Source of the DNA: Octopus vulgaris
Lineage: Eukaryota
Length of the DNA: 64,000 nucleotides
Reading direction: 5' to 3'
Assembly: GCA_951406725.2 (NCBI GenBank)
Contig: OX597836.1
Span: forward strand, 10,230,001 to 10,294,000
Below the pieces are notes generated by a model. That model was not told the DNA's origin and did no database searches. It saw only the letters and a program-made list of their open reading frames with translations. The translations under genes and the position numbers were made by a program. Positions 1-13,063 of this stretch are shown one piece after another; position 1 is the first letter of the stretch; every line of letters starts with the position of its first letter.

Positions 1-516
1 ATTTCAGTGTTCCATGAAGAAGAGAACTAAAACCCTTTATTAACTTCGAGGCATAGTATTCTGACAATGCCGAGCAATGATCAAGGCGTATGCAGTTTGT
101 TTCCTCAATATTCTTTAGCGTTTCTCCTGCGCTCCGTTTCACAGACAACAACTAAAGATTTGTCGAATTTGAAACAGACAAAGACGAATGAAACGACGGG
201 TTTGGATCGGCATTAAAACAGAAAAAAAGAGACGATTTCACAACAATTTGAAGACGTTAAACAGTTTGATCTCATCATTGTCTCCGTGAATTGGATGCGA
301 AGATAAAAAAGAAAAAAAAACAAGTGATGACTATTGTTTGTGGTCATGAAGATAACAGTTAAAAACCAGGCTATTGAAGATGAGAGCCTTAAAGTAAACA
401 GTTTGGGATTATTGTTGGATGGGTGACTGCTGGCGGTGATGGGGTTAAATCTGTAGAATAATGTTTGTCGCTGCTGGGTATTCATCGAGATTTCAGTGTG
501 AGCCTGTGTATATATG

Positions 517-755
517 TACTCTTTTACTCATATATTTGTTTCAGTCATTTGACTGTGGCCATGCTGGAGCACCGCATTTAGTCGAACAAATCGACCCCAG
601 GACATATTCTTTGTAAGCCTAGTACTTATTCTATCGGGTCTCTTTTGCCGAACCGCTAAGTTACGGGGAAGTAAACACACCAGCATCTGTTGTCAAGCGA
701 TGTTGCGGGGTGGGGACAAACACAGACGTACAAACATACACACATATATACATAA
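517..755 (-). mobile_element. SINE family A (tRNA-derived, CORE-like, internal microsatellite), 3' half of a copy split by a PLE insertion
   Basis: Reverse complement of the family tail gcttgacaac...ttagcggttcggcaaaagagacc...gcggtgctccagcatggcc...aatgactgaaacaa, seen intact at 21066-21475 and 50597-50987. Confidence 0.85.
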
Positions 756-807
756 TGTCCCGTCCGTGTTTTTTGTATCGTCTTCTAAATGTTTTGCGTT
801 CTTGTCC

Positions 808-1713
808 CAATACCTTCTTTTTAATTCATGCCACCCAAGACACACTAAAACAAACATCCCCTTCAACCTTGCAAGAAGGATTTGCACAATAGTGTCAGAA
901 CAAAATACCAGAAACTTTAGACTGCAAGAACTCAAAAACACCCTAATTGACAGGCATTACCCAGCTCAACTCATAGAGGATGGGATCAGACGTGCAACAG
1001 AAATCAACATAGAAACTTTAAGAAAAGTTCAACACAACAACACACCTTCCCCGAAAATACTACCTTACATATCTACATACAACCCCAGAAACAAAGAAGC
1101 TTTCACCATCATCATCCAGAATTTACCAATACTTCATAAGGACCCCAAATTAAAGGAAATTCTAAACATACACCAAATCATTAAAAGCTACAAACAACCT
1201 AAATCACTTAAAAAGATTCTCACAAAGGCAAAATTGTTTTCTGAAATTACGGATGCAAAAGTAAAAAAATGTGGTAGACCGAACTGTGCAACATGTCCAA
1301 ACCTGCTAGAAGGATCAGAATTCCTCTTCAAAGAGGGACAGAAATTCAAGATCAAATCTAATTTTACTTGTGCCCCTGAAAACATAATTTATGTCATAAG
1401 ATACTCGGGCTGCCACCAAAACTACGTGGGTTCCACGGGACTATCACTCAGACGTAGATGCACACTGCATCGACAACAGATTGCATTCCCAGAATACAGA
1501 ATGATACCCTTTAGTGAGCACATTGAGAAATGCGCAAAGCAACTACTACCAGAATTTTTAATCTTTCCATTTTACCAATGTGCTGTCGGAACACCAACAC
1601 AAATTAGACTAAACAAGGAAACATTCTTCATTGAAAAATACAAGCCCAAACTTAACCATTCCAACATTCTTATACAGAGAAACTCACTCCCAAAAAAAGG
1701 CAAGAAATATTAA
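808..1713 (+). pseudogene. 5'-truncated Penelope-like retroelement ORF: RT thumb (SCHPRH...IP), Cys-rich linker (CGRPNCATC), GIY-YIG endonuclease (NIIYVIRYSGCHQNYVGST...RRR...H...E..FIEKYKPKLN)
   Basis: 302 uninterrupted codons with PLE domain order. The CxxxxCxxC linker is typical of Neptune-group PLEs. The RT core is missing, and 700-807 of the listed ORF is SINE/repeat sequence. Confidence 0.9.
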
Positions 1714-1804
1714 GCGATTATCTCCCTTACATCGGAAGAAATCACTTATTACCTCCCCTTATCTGGAACTCTCCTTCACACTCTCAACGTAAACATAACG
1801 ATGT

Positions 1805-1844
1805 AAGAAATTTGAAAAGCTGAACGCGAAACCGGTTATTTCTT
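1805..1844 (+). ncRNA. Minimal hammerhead ribozyme, U3-A8 core variant, in PLE 3' terminal repeat
   Basis: aagaaat|TTGAAAA|gc-tgaac-gc|GAAA|ccgg|TT|atttctt: 7-bp stem I, palindromic stem III, about 90 nt after the PLE stop codon. Confidence 0.75.
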
Positions 1845-1960
1845 CAAAAACTATGTCATTGTAGGAAACAAATTTATAACATTCTTCAGACATAATGACT
1901 CAAATATATATTTTTTAACCTTTTAAAACAAGCCTTCTGTAGTTTTTTCACTTTTTACTA

Positions 1961-2046
<86 letters not shown>

Positions 2047-2054
2047 ACATATAT

Positions 2055-2212
2055 ACAACGGGCTTCTTTCAGTTTCCGTCTACCAAATCCACTCACAAGG
2101 CTTTGGTCGGCCCTAGGCTATAGTAGAAGACACTTGCCCAAGGTGCCACGCAGTGGGACTGAACCCGGAACCATGTGGTTGGTAAGCAAGCTACTTACCT
2201 CACAGCCACTTC
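2055..2212 (-). mobile_element. SINE family A, tRNA-like head half (partner of 517-755)
   Basis: Reverse complement reads gtggctgtgaggtaag (A box), ggttcagtccc (B box) and accttgggcaagt (CORE-like). Confidence 0.85.
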
Positions 2213-2619
2213 TAGACCTATAAACAATTTGCGCAGATCGTTCAGCAAGAAATTCCCATCTGTCGCCTACGACAGGCAAGTGCACAATATCTGTACAAGC
2301 ATATATGCCTATCACTATAAGAAGGTGCATGGCCTAGCGGTTAGGATTTTGCTATGACAATCAGGATGTTGATTCGATTTCCGGACCGGGCTGTATTCTT
2401 CAGCAAAATACTATATTTCATGCTGCATTGTGATCATTTCGACATCTGACTTTGGTACCTCGATCACATGTTCAGGGAACGTCGAATTTGATGGCGGAAG
2501 TGAGCTAATGTATAGTGCAAACATTTGATCACCATAAACAAATCATCTGTGTATGTATGTATGTATGTATGTATGTATGTATGTATGTATTTATGTATGT
2601 ATGTATGTATGTATGTATT

Positions 2620-3030
2620 AGTAGAAGAAGAGAGGGAAAATAAAGAAAGCTTCTAACAATGCAGAAAGTTTTACGAAATACCTTTATATTTCGTACATAA
2701 CGGCCTATCTTCAGAAGGAAGCAGCCCAAGAGATGTCTAGTTACATCGTTATTTTATTTTTAACTGCTCGCCGTTTGGGTTAACAGCAGCAATGGTAACT
2801 CTCCAACTGCTGGTGCGGACAACTCTTCAACTGTTGGTCGCTGTGTACATATTTTTATGTGGTGGTGGTGAAGGATGGTGTTGGTGGCATATCTTATGAT
2901 GCTTGTCGTAGTGGCCGTGGTGTTTTCATAGGAGCCACAGGCCCATCTCCGAACGACTGTTAATTTTCGGGTTGAGGCGGTGGATCAGTATAGCTTCCTT
3001 GATACAAATCGTGCTACTAGGACTCAAGAG
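2620..3030 (-). mobile_element. PLE 3' remnant (GIY-YIG C-terminus plus terminal repeat)
   Basis: Minus strand at ~2945-3005 translates IKEAILIHRLNPKINSRSE, a GIY-YIG C-terminal pattern, followed downstream by a hammerhead motif. Confidence 0.65.
2681..2718 (-). ncRNA. Minimal hammerhead ribozyme (degenerate stem II)
   Basis: Minus strand: cctt|CTGAAGA|taggccgttatgtac|GAAA|ta|TA|aagg. Confidence 0.6.
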
Positions 3031-4246
3031 AGTACCATTACATCATATTCTACCACACTGCACCATTTTCTACCACACTGCAAATTCTTCCACCACATTA
3101 CACCACTTTCTACCATGCTATATTACACTACCAAACGACACTATACGACATTTTACTACGCTGCATTACCTTCTATTGCACTCTATTACCTTAGATTCCT
3201 CTGCCATTACAGTATGTTGTTTTAGAAAGAGAACCACTGTGTCCTAAGGCAGTTACTACAAACGATATTATTTATATATCGATTCTATAAAATTATTTCC
3301 AACGACTGTAATGGATGAAAGGGTGCCGAAAATCTCGGAAGTTTTTATTTGAAATTGGTTTTCTCCAAATCGGTTGTAGCACCAACACAGTCGACAACAA
3401 CAGCCGCAATCAGAAGAAAACAACAGTAACATCGATAAAAGCACCGTGTGAGGTGAGTTTCTGTGGGATCGATTCATTCGTGAGAATTGACAACTAAATC
3501 TTCTCTTAAATCATATCCAATCGTCATTGGAAAGACCAAAACCAAAAACAAAAGAGGACACTTTGGATAATTTGTGTAGTTGTAAATATATCCTTTAAGA
3601 AATTACTGATTATCAGCCTTACTCGAACGCGGTCGATCCGTGATGGACCCACCTACTCCTCCCCATCCTCATCACCAAGGAGGAAGAGTGAGGGAGAGAG
3701 ACGGAAGAAAAACAACGGTGAAGGGGGATCCCTCACTCTTCCTCCTTGACTCTCTCGTTGCTCACACGTGACCAACGGCTACCGTTCTTTTTCCCTCTTG
3801 CTTTGCAAGAGACAAGACGTACTTTTGCCTGTCTCCTGTCACAGCTCCTTTCTCCAGCGTTCACTACTTCACCTCGTTATGGCTTAACAACCCTCACTGT
3901 TTGTTTTTACTGTTTTGTTCTTACTATCTTGCTTTAGTTGCCACTTTAACCCTCCGCAAAAAATCGCAAATTTTATTTAAATTGCTTTGCGGGAAGGATT
4001 GTTTTAACGGAGTCGCGTCTTGTCCTAACCTTCGAACGTGGAGTAGATAAAACAGGGGACAACTGATGAAGGGATTGTTCTTTATGTTGCCCGTCTCAAT
4101 TATCTTTTTGTTTCTTTCGTTGTCCGAAAAAAGTTCGTTTTCCATGTTCTTGTTTTTTATGTTCTCGCTTTTCATTTTGTTCACGTTTTTTATTTGACGT
4201 CCTGTACCCATATATGCATGTATATATACATATATATATGTAGGTA

Positions 4247-4365
4247 TGTGGAAGAGCGAAGACTCGAAACGTTAAAGACTATTTCACTTCCCGAGCGTTA
4301 TACTAATACATCTGTTCGTTGTCTACACTACCTGTTTCCGTCTTTCTTTTGTGAATTCTCCCCCA

Positions 4366-4368
<3 letters not shown>
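4247..4368 (+). mobile_element. PLE-type terminal repeat fragment with 5'-clipped hammerhead (A6U family)
   Basis: TGTGGA-a-gag cgaaga ctc-GAAA-cg-TT-aaag, then sequence homologous to the reverse complement of 14655-14790. Confidence 0.55.
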
Positions 4369-4414
<46 letters not shown>

Positions 4415-4479
4415 GTAACAGAAAAGGGGAATTTCGGTTGTCTTATATATATATATATATATATACACAATATATGGAA

Positions 4480-4866
4480 TGGAAGCACTCTGTCGGTTAC
4501 GACGACGAGGGTTCCGGTTGATCCGATCAACGGAACAGCCTGCTCGTGAAATTAACGTGTAAGTGGCTGAGCACTCCACAGACACGTGTACCCTTAACGT
4601 AGTTCTCGGGGATATTCAGCGTGACACAGAGAGTGACAAGGCCGGCCCCTTGAAATACAGGTACAACAGAAACAGGAAGTAAGAGTGAGAGAAAGTTGTG
4701 GTGAAAGAGTACAGCAGGGATCACCACCATCCCCTGCCGGAGCCTCGTGGAGCTTTTTAGGTGTTTTCGCTCAATAAACACTCACAACGCCCGGTCTGGG
4801 AATCGAAACCACGATCCTATGACCGCGAGTCCGCTGCCCTAACCACTGGGCCATTGCTCCTCCACA
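4480..4866 (-). mobile_element. SINE family C (tRNA-Arg-like head), near full length
   Basis: Near-identical to 17077-17457 and 29317-29699. Head tggcccagtggttagg...gactcgcg...ggtttcgattccc. Confidence 0.9.
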
Positions 4867-5005
4867 ATATATATATATATATATATATATACATACATTA
4901 TATATACATACATTACATATATATATATACATGTGTGCGAGCATAGGTATACACATACACACACACATATAAATACATATATACATACATATATTTATAT
5001 ATACA

Positions 5006-5071
<66 letters not shown>

Positions 5072-5439
5072 GTGTGTGTATTAAAATCTAAGACTATGGC
5101 TGTTCCTTTTGGTGTCTTTGAAGCATCCTGATATCCCGTGCATGCGAAACATTGCAGTAAACAATCTTGTGTGACGTGTCTTTGAATTCGGGGTTGAGAA
5201 TATCATTACAAACATATTTGTTTAACTTTTGCCAAATTCTCTTTCCCAACCGGACGGACTCTCCACCACGCCGCCCACCCATAAAATCTGTCACCTGTTT
5301 TCAAAACAGTTTCTCATCGCCATAGTATCAAACGAACATCTATTCCAAACCGGACGTTGCTTTCCTTTTATATGCGTGTATGTGTATGTGTGTGTATGTA
5401 TGCATGAGCATGCATGTGTATGTGTATATTTATAAATGC

Positions 5440-5497
<58 letters not shown>

Positions 5498-5618
5498 ACA
5501 TATACATAAATATGTTAGCTTCTGTCTTCCTTCCATCCACCGTAAACAGAAAAATCTTCAAAAGTATAATTGGTCGTTCGTTGAGACGGCCTTGCAGATT
5601 TAAATGCAAACTCCTCGC

Positions 5619-5652
<34 letters not shown>

Positions 5653-5679
5653 GTCATCCACTATTTGCCTTCTCTCTCT

Positions 5680-6189
<510 letters not shown>

Positions 6190-6584
6190 CGGCTGCGAGC
6201 GATGCGACTGACCAGGCTTAGACACAAAGTAATGTTATTATCTGTATCAACAGAGAGAAAAGAGGCAGTTATGCTTTCTTTATACCAATAAAGAGGCGGC
6301 GGCGGTGGGTGTGGGGTGGTTGTGTGGAAACCCGACAGAAAAGGCAGACGACAGTTTTGGATGCTTCCATAGTTTGATATTGTTTGCAATATCGCTATTA
6401 TTTATTATTTATTTTTTTTTGTCGATATTTTCTGTGTATTATCATGGCTTCCGGTTAATTTGCGACGTAACGTCTGAATATCTTCTGTTGAATTAAGGGA
6501 GCCGGTTGGCTTCTTTTGGGATTAGTTCGTGTTGAATTATTCTTCGGTATTCTTCTGTCGTGGCCGTTAATACATATCAATACA

Positions 6585-6894
6585 ACCGCTACCATCACCA
6601 TCACCATTACCATGACTACCATACTACCACTTCACTTCCATCATCTTCACCATCATCATCATCATCGCCGCCACCGCCGTCGTCATCATCGTCATCATCA
6701 GCAGCATCAACAACGTCGTCATCAACCTCATGATGAAAATTATTGGCTCCTCCTCCTCCTCCTTCTTCTTCTTCTTCTTCTTCTTTTTCTTCTTCTTCTT
6801 CTTCTTTTTCTTCTTCTTCTTCTTCTTCTTCTTCTTCTTCTTCTTCTTCTTCTTCTTCTTCTTCTTCTTCTCAGCATTGTCGTCGTCGTCATCG

Positions 6895-6943
<49 letters not shown>

Positions 6944-6960
6944 AGTCTTCATCATCATTG
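6585..6960. repeat. Compound trinucleotide array (CAC/CAT, CTC, CTT, CGT, CAT)
   Basis: Direct inspection. Confidence 0.95.
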
Positions 6961-7427
6961 TTGTTGATGGTTATGGAAAGACATTACTAATGGAAACTAA
7001 CCAAAGAATCGGTCCCTTTGGTCTGTTTGAAGAAAAGAAGAGTTTTTCTTGGGGGGGGGGGCAGAAGCTGAGTGTGGCGAGATTATTAAACTTTGGAACC
7101 TTTGAGTAGCGAACCCTTTTATCTTGGAGAGATATTTTTCTTCGTCTGAATTTCGAACATTTTGCGAACACAAAAATATTTTTGTTGCATTTTGGTGGAA
7201 TCATTATACCCATGATAAACATACGCACAGGTTCTATTTCACATCTATATTTTTCATTAGTCTATTGGTTAGCCGTTTAAGCAATCACCTAATCAATTTT
7301 TTAACTAATCATTGAGTCAATCAATCAATCCATCAACCAGCTAGGTTTGTCAGAGTCCTTTCATCGCCATTCGCAACCTTATCAATGCCATGCCTTCAAA
7401 AAAGTTAAATGCAAAATAATGGATGGA

Positions 7428-7812
7428 TGGAAGCACTCGGTCGGTTACGACGACGAGGGTTCCGGTTGATCCGATCAACGGAACAGCCTGCTCGTGAAAT
7501 TAACGTATAAGTGGCTGAGCACTCCACAGACACGTGTACCCATAACGTAGTTCTCGGGGATATTCAGCGTGACACAGAGAGTGACAAGGCCGGCCCTTTG
7601 AAATACAAGGTACACCAGAAACAGGAAGTAAGAGTGAGAGAAAGTTGTGGTGAAAGAGTACAGCAGGGATCACCACCATCCCCTGCCGGAGCCTCGTGGA
7701 GCTTTAGGTGTTTTCGCTGAATAAACACTCACAACGCCCGGTCTGGGAATCGAAACCGCGATCCTATGACCGTGAGTCCGCTGCCCTAACCACTGGGCTT
7801 TTGCGCCTCCAC
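7428..7812 (-). mobile_element. SINE family C, full length
   Basis: Same sequence as 4480-4866. Confidence 0.9.
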
Positions 7813-10100
7813 TATGCAAAATAATAGGATGCGGTGTGTATAACATTTTTTTATAGTGTATATACAAACATGGCACAGCTCTAGTTTTCATATTTTGTCT
7901 TAGAGAAAAATTACTCAAAGAAGCTTGCATATTAGAGAAGAAAAAAAGCCAACAACAAAATGTCTTGTGTTTTTAAACACGTTTCATTGAATAATTCAAT
8001 GTTTCTGTGTAAAACATTAACTTCTTCTGTAATATATTCAGTCTATCCTTTTTGGAATATAGTTTATCAATGCCAGATGTATGAAAGACAAGTAAATAAA
8101 TAAAGCGGGCCCCGGCGGGATTTGAACTCAGGGGAACGAAATTAAATAATGCTTAGAGTATCAGATATCATTCTGCTACCACCAGCCCCAACGTTCTGCT
8201 GTTTATATCACTGCATCGTTCTGCTTAACGTTCAAATAATGTTTAAGTTGGTGAGGGGAAAAAAACCTCCCAAACAAACTAAACCTTAAATTATGTAATT
8301 AACTTAATGTAATTACGTTGATTATTTGCATCAATTCATTAAAGAAATATCGCTGTCTCCTCTCATAAATATAGAGGGGAAGAGCGAGAGAGAGAGAGAG
8401 AGAGAAATTGTGTGTGTCTGTGAGTCAAAGAACCGTTTTACTGTAAGACGTATTTTAGTTCTTGTGATAAAATTTATGAGATTACATCGGCTTTCGTCTT
8501 GGGGCAGACAGTTGGCTGTTTTAAATTTTGAGTGCAGCTTTTATATTTCCTTATAGAATATTTAGTTGCAGCGCCAGAATCTGGTTTAACTAATGGAGTT
8601 GTCTTCTACATCAAGCTGCGGTGACTTAAATCTGTCTGTAAATACGAGTGTTGTAGCCAACGCAATGCAAGTGCAAGCTTCTCTTTTTGAATTATCTGAC
8701 ATAACTCATTCCAATTGCACATGGTGGAAGAGTAACTCTTCATCTTATACCAGTGGTTTTCAACCATTTTCGGCCCATGGGCATTTTTAATTCGTATTTT
8801 ACTCGGGTGCACCCTCGTACCATTTGATGGTTAAAGATCATATATCCTTTATAATTAAATATTATTAAGAATTGTATAAAAAAAAAACTGCATGAAAAAG
8901 AATTTTTACAATGTTTTATAAAGAAAAAGAGAACTGGTTCCTTCGGTGGTGAGCGTGACCTAGAGGTCTGAAGCATAGACCTGGGAACATAAGATCACAA
9001 AAAGAATGACCCAAGTTCGAATCCAGCTGGAGACAGGATTTTGGAAAGTTTTTGAGATTTGAGGAGACGTGTTGTCACCAAACCTCAAGACAACATTCTT
9101 GCAAACTAAAGTAATCCGTAATAGTATGATGAGAGCAATAATGATAAAGTGGAGGGGAATCGAGACAGGAGGAAATGAAGCTTTGAAAACTGGGAAGGGG
9201 TGAAGTTTGGTTCTATGGGGAAGTCAGGAAGGAAGGAGGAGGAGTGAGTGCGTGGATTCATGCATCAGGATATGGGTCTGAAAGAGGCGGCGAGCTGGCA
9301 GAATCGTTAGCACGCCGGGCGAAATACGTAGCCGTATTTCGTCTGATTTAGGACAATGTGACTCCGTCCGGTCAAGTAGTGTGTGTTAAGACTCCGTGTA
9401 AATTACTACTACTACTACTAGTAGTAGTAGTAGTAGTAATAATAAACATTGAGGAATTCGCCAGTGCAGTCATGGTAACTGAACTTCAGTTACCATGACT
9501 ACACAGGCGAAGCGTCTCAATCACAGGTACAAGTTACTGGCGAGTGGATGCCACATCAATTGTATGTATATATATATATATATATATATATTAATTGCTA
9601 TTTCTAAATCTCTGAACGAGAAACATTCAGTAACAGTTCTCTAGAGTAAAGATTTTTTTTGCCAACATAAACAGCTGGAGACGATATTTGTTGGGGCTAA
9701 ATAACAGTAACATTCGTCCTAACCAGGACCTCCACATTATGCTGGCAAACAATCTTTACTCTATTAATTGTTGTTTACACTTTTACCATTTTGGAAATCA
9801 GCGCACGTTTTCAACGGTTTTCCTTATAAGGCTAACAGAGGTAGTTGAGTTTAACACTAGGCGTTAAGAGCCGTTGCTGAGGATTAAGATGGTCTACACT
9901 AAAATCCGAAATCGCGATCCGGCTATGAACGCTGGGGACTTACATCCCTTTGTCTATCACTTAAGACAGTGCGTTTGTGACTTTGAGTTAGTTTAGTCAG
10001 TACCCTCTGTCACTTTTTTAGAACTCTATTAATGTTGCCTTTAGGTTCTAATTGCTAATAAGTCACCCTTTCTAATTTGTTGTATATGTTTGTATGTATG

Positions 10101-10320
10101 TATGTGGAGTGCTGAAGAGTTCCTGGGTTTAAGGATATCGCGAAAGGCTTGGTTGGAATCCCAATCTTCTGAGATCTTTTACTGGGCTTAGAAAAACTGA
10201 GGGATCACTGCAATAAGTGTGTGAAACTGAGAGGAGAATATGTTGAATAAAATCATAATTAACTGATCTTCCTGTATTTCCTTTTACCCAAAGCCAGGAA
10301 CTTTTCAGCTACCCCATCGT
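10101..10320 (+). mobile_element. Internally deleted mariner (MITE-like)
   Basis: TIRs gtgctgaagagttcctgggttt / aaagccaggaacttttcagctac. Internal frame GLEKLRDHCNKCVKLRGEYVE* is a mariner transposase C-terminus. Confidence 0.85.
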
Positions 10321-10363
<43 letters not shown>

Positions 10364-11014
10364 TGTATGTATGTATGTATGTATGTATGTATGTATGTAT
10401 GTAGGACAGGCTTCCGATGCAATTTCTGTCTACCAAATCCACTCTCAATCGATTGGCCCACCTCAGGGCTTGTGTAGCAGACACTTGCCCAAGGTGCTGC
10501 GTCGTGGAAATGAACCTGAACCCACATTGTTGCAAAGCGGGCTTCTGAACTACACGGCCAATTGCCCGCATCATATTCATTACAAACATTTTACATTTTT
10601 ACGCATTTCAGCAAATATCTTGAAAAAAGTGAAAGATTTCGCTTCGCGATCTTTTCAGAATTAAAGCGCTACCTAATTTAGATCGCAGCCCCTAGATTAG
10701 GAAACGCTGTCTTTTATCTCTCATCGTCCACAACAATAAAAAAAACCCAATAATTTCCTGATGGGCAAAATGACTGGCTGTCGGTACCAATTTCGCAACA
10801 TTTATTTTTAATTCCGTTTCTCGGAGAATCAGCAGGGGGTTATTAGAACTGTCACTATTCTTTGTATTAAACTAATAGAAAAGGACAAAGATCTTCAATT
10901 TACATTACTGGGCGTGCCTCGAGATATTAATACTAGAAGGTATTAATAAAAGTTTTATTGATAGGGGCGGGTTTGACATGGAGCTACTGATATCAATTAT
11001 TGCTTCCAGTTTAA

Positions 11015-11355
11015 AGGCGGCGAGCGGGCAGGATCGTTAGCAGGTCGGACAAAATGCTTAGCGGTATTTCACCCGGCTTCACGTTCTGAGTTCAAATTCA
11101 ACTGAGTTCGACTTTGCCTTTCATCCTTTCGAGGTCGATAAATTAAGTACCAGTGAAACACTGGAGGTCGATGTAATCGACTTAATCCCTTCCCTCAAAT
11201 TTGAGGCCTTGTGCTTCCAGTAGAAAGAATTATTATTATTATTATTAAGTCGACGAGCTGGCAGAAACGTTAGCACGCCGGGCGAAATGCGTAGCCGAAT
11301 GTTGTCTGCCGTTACGTTCTGAGTTCAAATTCCGCTGAGGTCGACTTTGCCTTTC
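11015..11355 (+). mobile_element. Two tandem SINE family B copies (Meta-domain-like)
   Basis: aaggcggcgagc..gttcaaattc head, then gcctttcatcctttcgaggtcgataaattaagtacc, resembling the Meta/Sauria-SINE central domain. Confidence 0.8.
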
Positions 11356-11461
11356 GCTTTGGCTGTGCCGTCGGAGTTCGCGAAGTAAAAGTCTCCAACG
11401 ACTCGCAGTCGACTGGGACTCCTCGGTTCGTGTTTCAAGACGGGTCGGGTAGGTTGCCGAT
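11356..11461 (-). rRNA. Isolated 28S (LSU) rRNA fragment, pseudogenic
   Basis: Minus strand cctacccgacccgtcttgaaacacgaaccgaggagtc matches the universally conserved LSU motif GACCCGTCTTGAAACACGGACCAAGGAG at the D2/D3 boundary. Confidence 0.85.
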
Positions 11462-11469
11462 GATCTTTT

Positions 11470-11711
11470 AATCTTTTCTTATTTCAGTCATGAGACTGCG
11501 GCCATGCTGGGGCACCGCATTGAAGAATTCTAGTCAAATAAATCAAATAAATCTAGTCAAATAAATATTTGCTTTTCTAAATCCTGGTATTTATTCTCTC
11601 GGTTACTCTTTTGCCGAACCGCTAAGTTATGGGGGCGTAAGTACTCCAGCATCAGTTGTCGAGCGGTGGTGGTGGACAAACACAAACATAAACGCACACA
11701 AACACACACAA

Positions 11712-11754
<43 letters not shown>

Positions 11755-11865
11755 CTACGATGGTCTTTTTCAGTTTCCGTCTACTAAATCCAATCACAAG
11801 GTAGAACCCGGAACCATGTGGCTGGAGAGCAAACCCCTTATCACACAGCCATGCCTGCGCCCTAT
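11470..11865 (-). mobile_element. SINE family A, degraded, internally deleted
   Basis: Tail, internal CA/TA microsatellite and partial head present. Confidence 0.8.
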
Positions 11866-12014
11866 ACTTTTATTTTTATTTTACACAAGGCCAAAAATCT
11901 GATTGGATAGACCAGAGTTGACGTCATCACTTGAAAACCCTGGGATGTTTACATATAATTTTACTGACGTCAATACTCAATCAACCAGATCTCCTACTAC
12001 ATATATATCAAAAA

Positions 12015-12098
<84 letters not shown>

Positions 12099-12189
12099 GT
12101 TTGTCTGTCTGTTTCCTCACCCCCTTCTCTCTCTCTGCTTCACAGAGAATATACACTATATGGTATGCGCATTGTAGGGAATACGTTTG

Positions 12190-12550
12190 TAGGGGACACA
12201 TATAACAGTGCTTGTTAGAAGGGGAATAATCTGGAGTTAAACAATTATTCATTTTCACATTTATGTACAGAAAAACAAAAAAAGAAACATTTATCTAGAA
12301 GACCCAAAAAATGGCAGGTAACACTAAGTAAGTGCTATGGACAGACTGTGGATAAACTCTTGGTTCGAGTGAGGAGTCTAATGTGGGTCTTGTATTAGCA
12401 TGCATATAGATATATTCTTACAGCTGTTTCTGGGATATTGTGGATATCCCTTCATCAGAGACGATGTGAGATGGTTAAATAGAGGTAGATATTTGAGAAG
12501 ACTATATCTCTTTCCTTATAAATGTCCTGAAAACTCCTCACACACATATA
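12190..12550 (-). mobile_element. PLE 3' remnant with hammerhead
   Basis: Minus strand ...LLKYLPLFN resembles the GIY-YIG C-terminus and is immediately followed by a hammerhead. Confidence 0.6.
12416..12461 (-). ncRNA. Hammerhead ribozyme, canonical core
   Basis: tct|CTGATGA|a gggatat-ccaca-atatccc a|GAAA|cagctg|TA|aga: 7-bp stem II, palindromic stem III, GUA site. Confidence 0.85.
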
Positions 12551-12586
12551 TATAAAAAATCTTGCACAGCAAATATATAAACGTAC

Positions 12587-12653
<67 letters not shown>

Positions 12654-12911
12654 GAACCATCTATATGTATTTACTAAGAATGTGCATTTGTATGAATGTA
12701 TATTATATATGCACATACACATATTATATATAAATGCACACACTCACATATCAACATATCAATATATATATATGTATGTATATATAAATGCATGTATGTA
12801 TTTATTTATATGTAAATGTATCATCTTATGTGTATATGTATACATATGATGATACAAGGCACGCGTACACACACACATACGAACACGCATACATACATAC
12901 ATAGATACATG

Positions 12912-13022
<111 letters not shown>

Positions 13023-13027
13023 ATATA

Positions 13028-13063
<36 letters not shown>

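Noticed and set aside
213-485. 90-aa minus-strand ORF
   Set aside because: No recognisable domain, runs through a poly-T tract, no splice support.
700-807. N-terminus of the 337-aa ORF as a real start
   Set aside because: The ATG and first 36 codons lie in antisense SINE, microsatellite and repeat sequence. PLE homology begins at ~808.
6516-7109. 197-aa poly-His/Leu/Ile ORF resembling a membrane protein
   Set aside because: Built from trinucleotide microsatellites, starts at TTG, and is open in several frames on both strands.
11356-11461. Functional rDNA locus
   Set aside because: Only ~105 bp, with substitutions in the invariant motif, flanked by SINEs.
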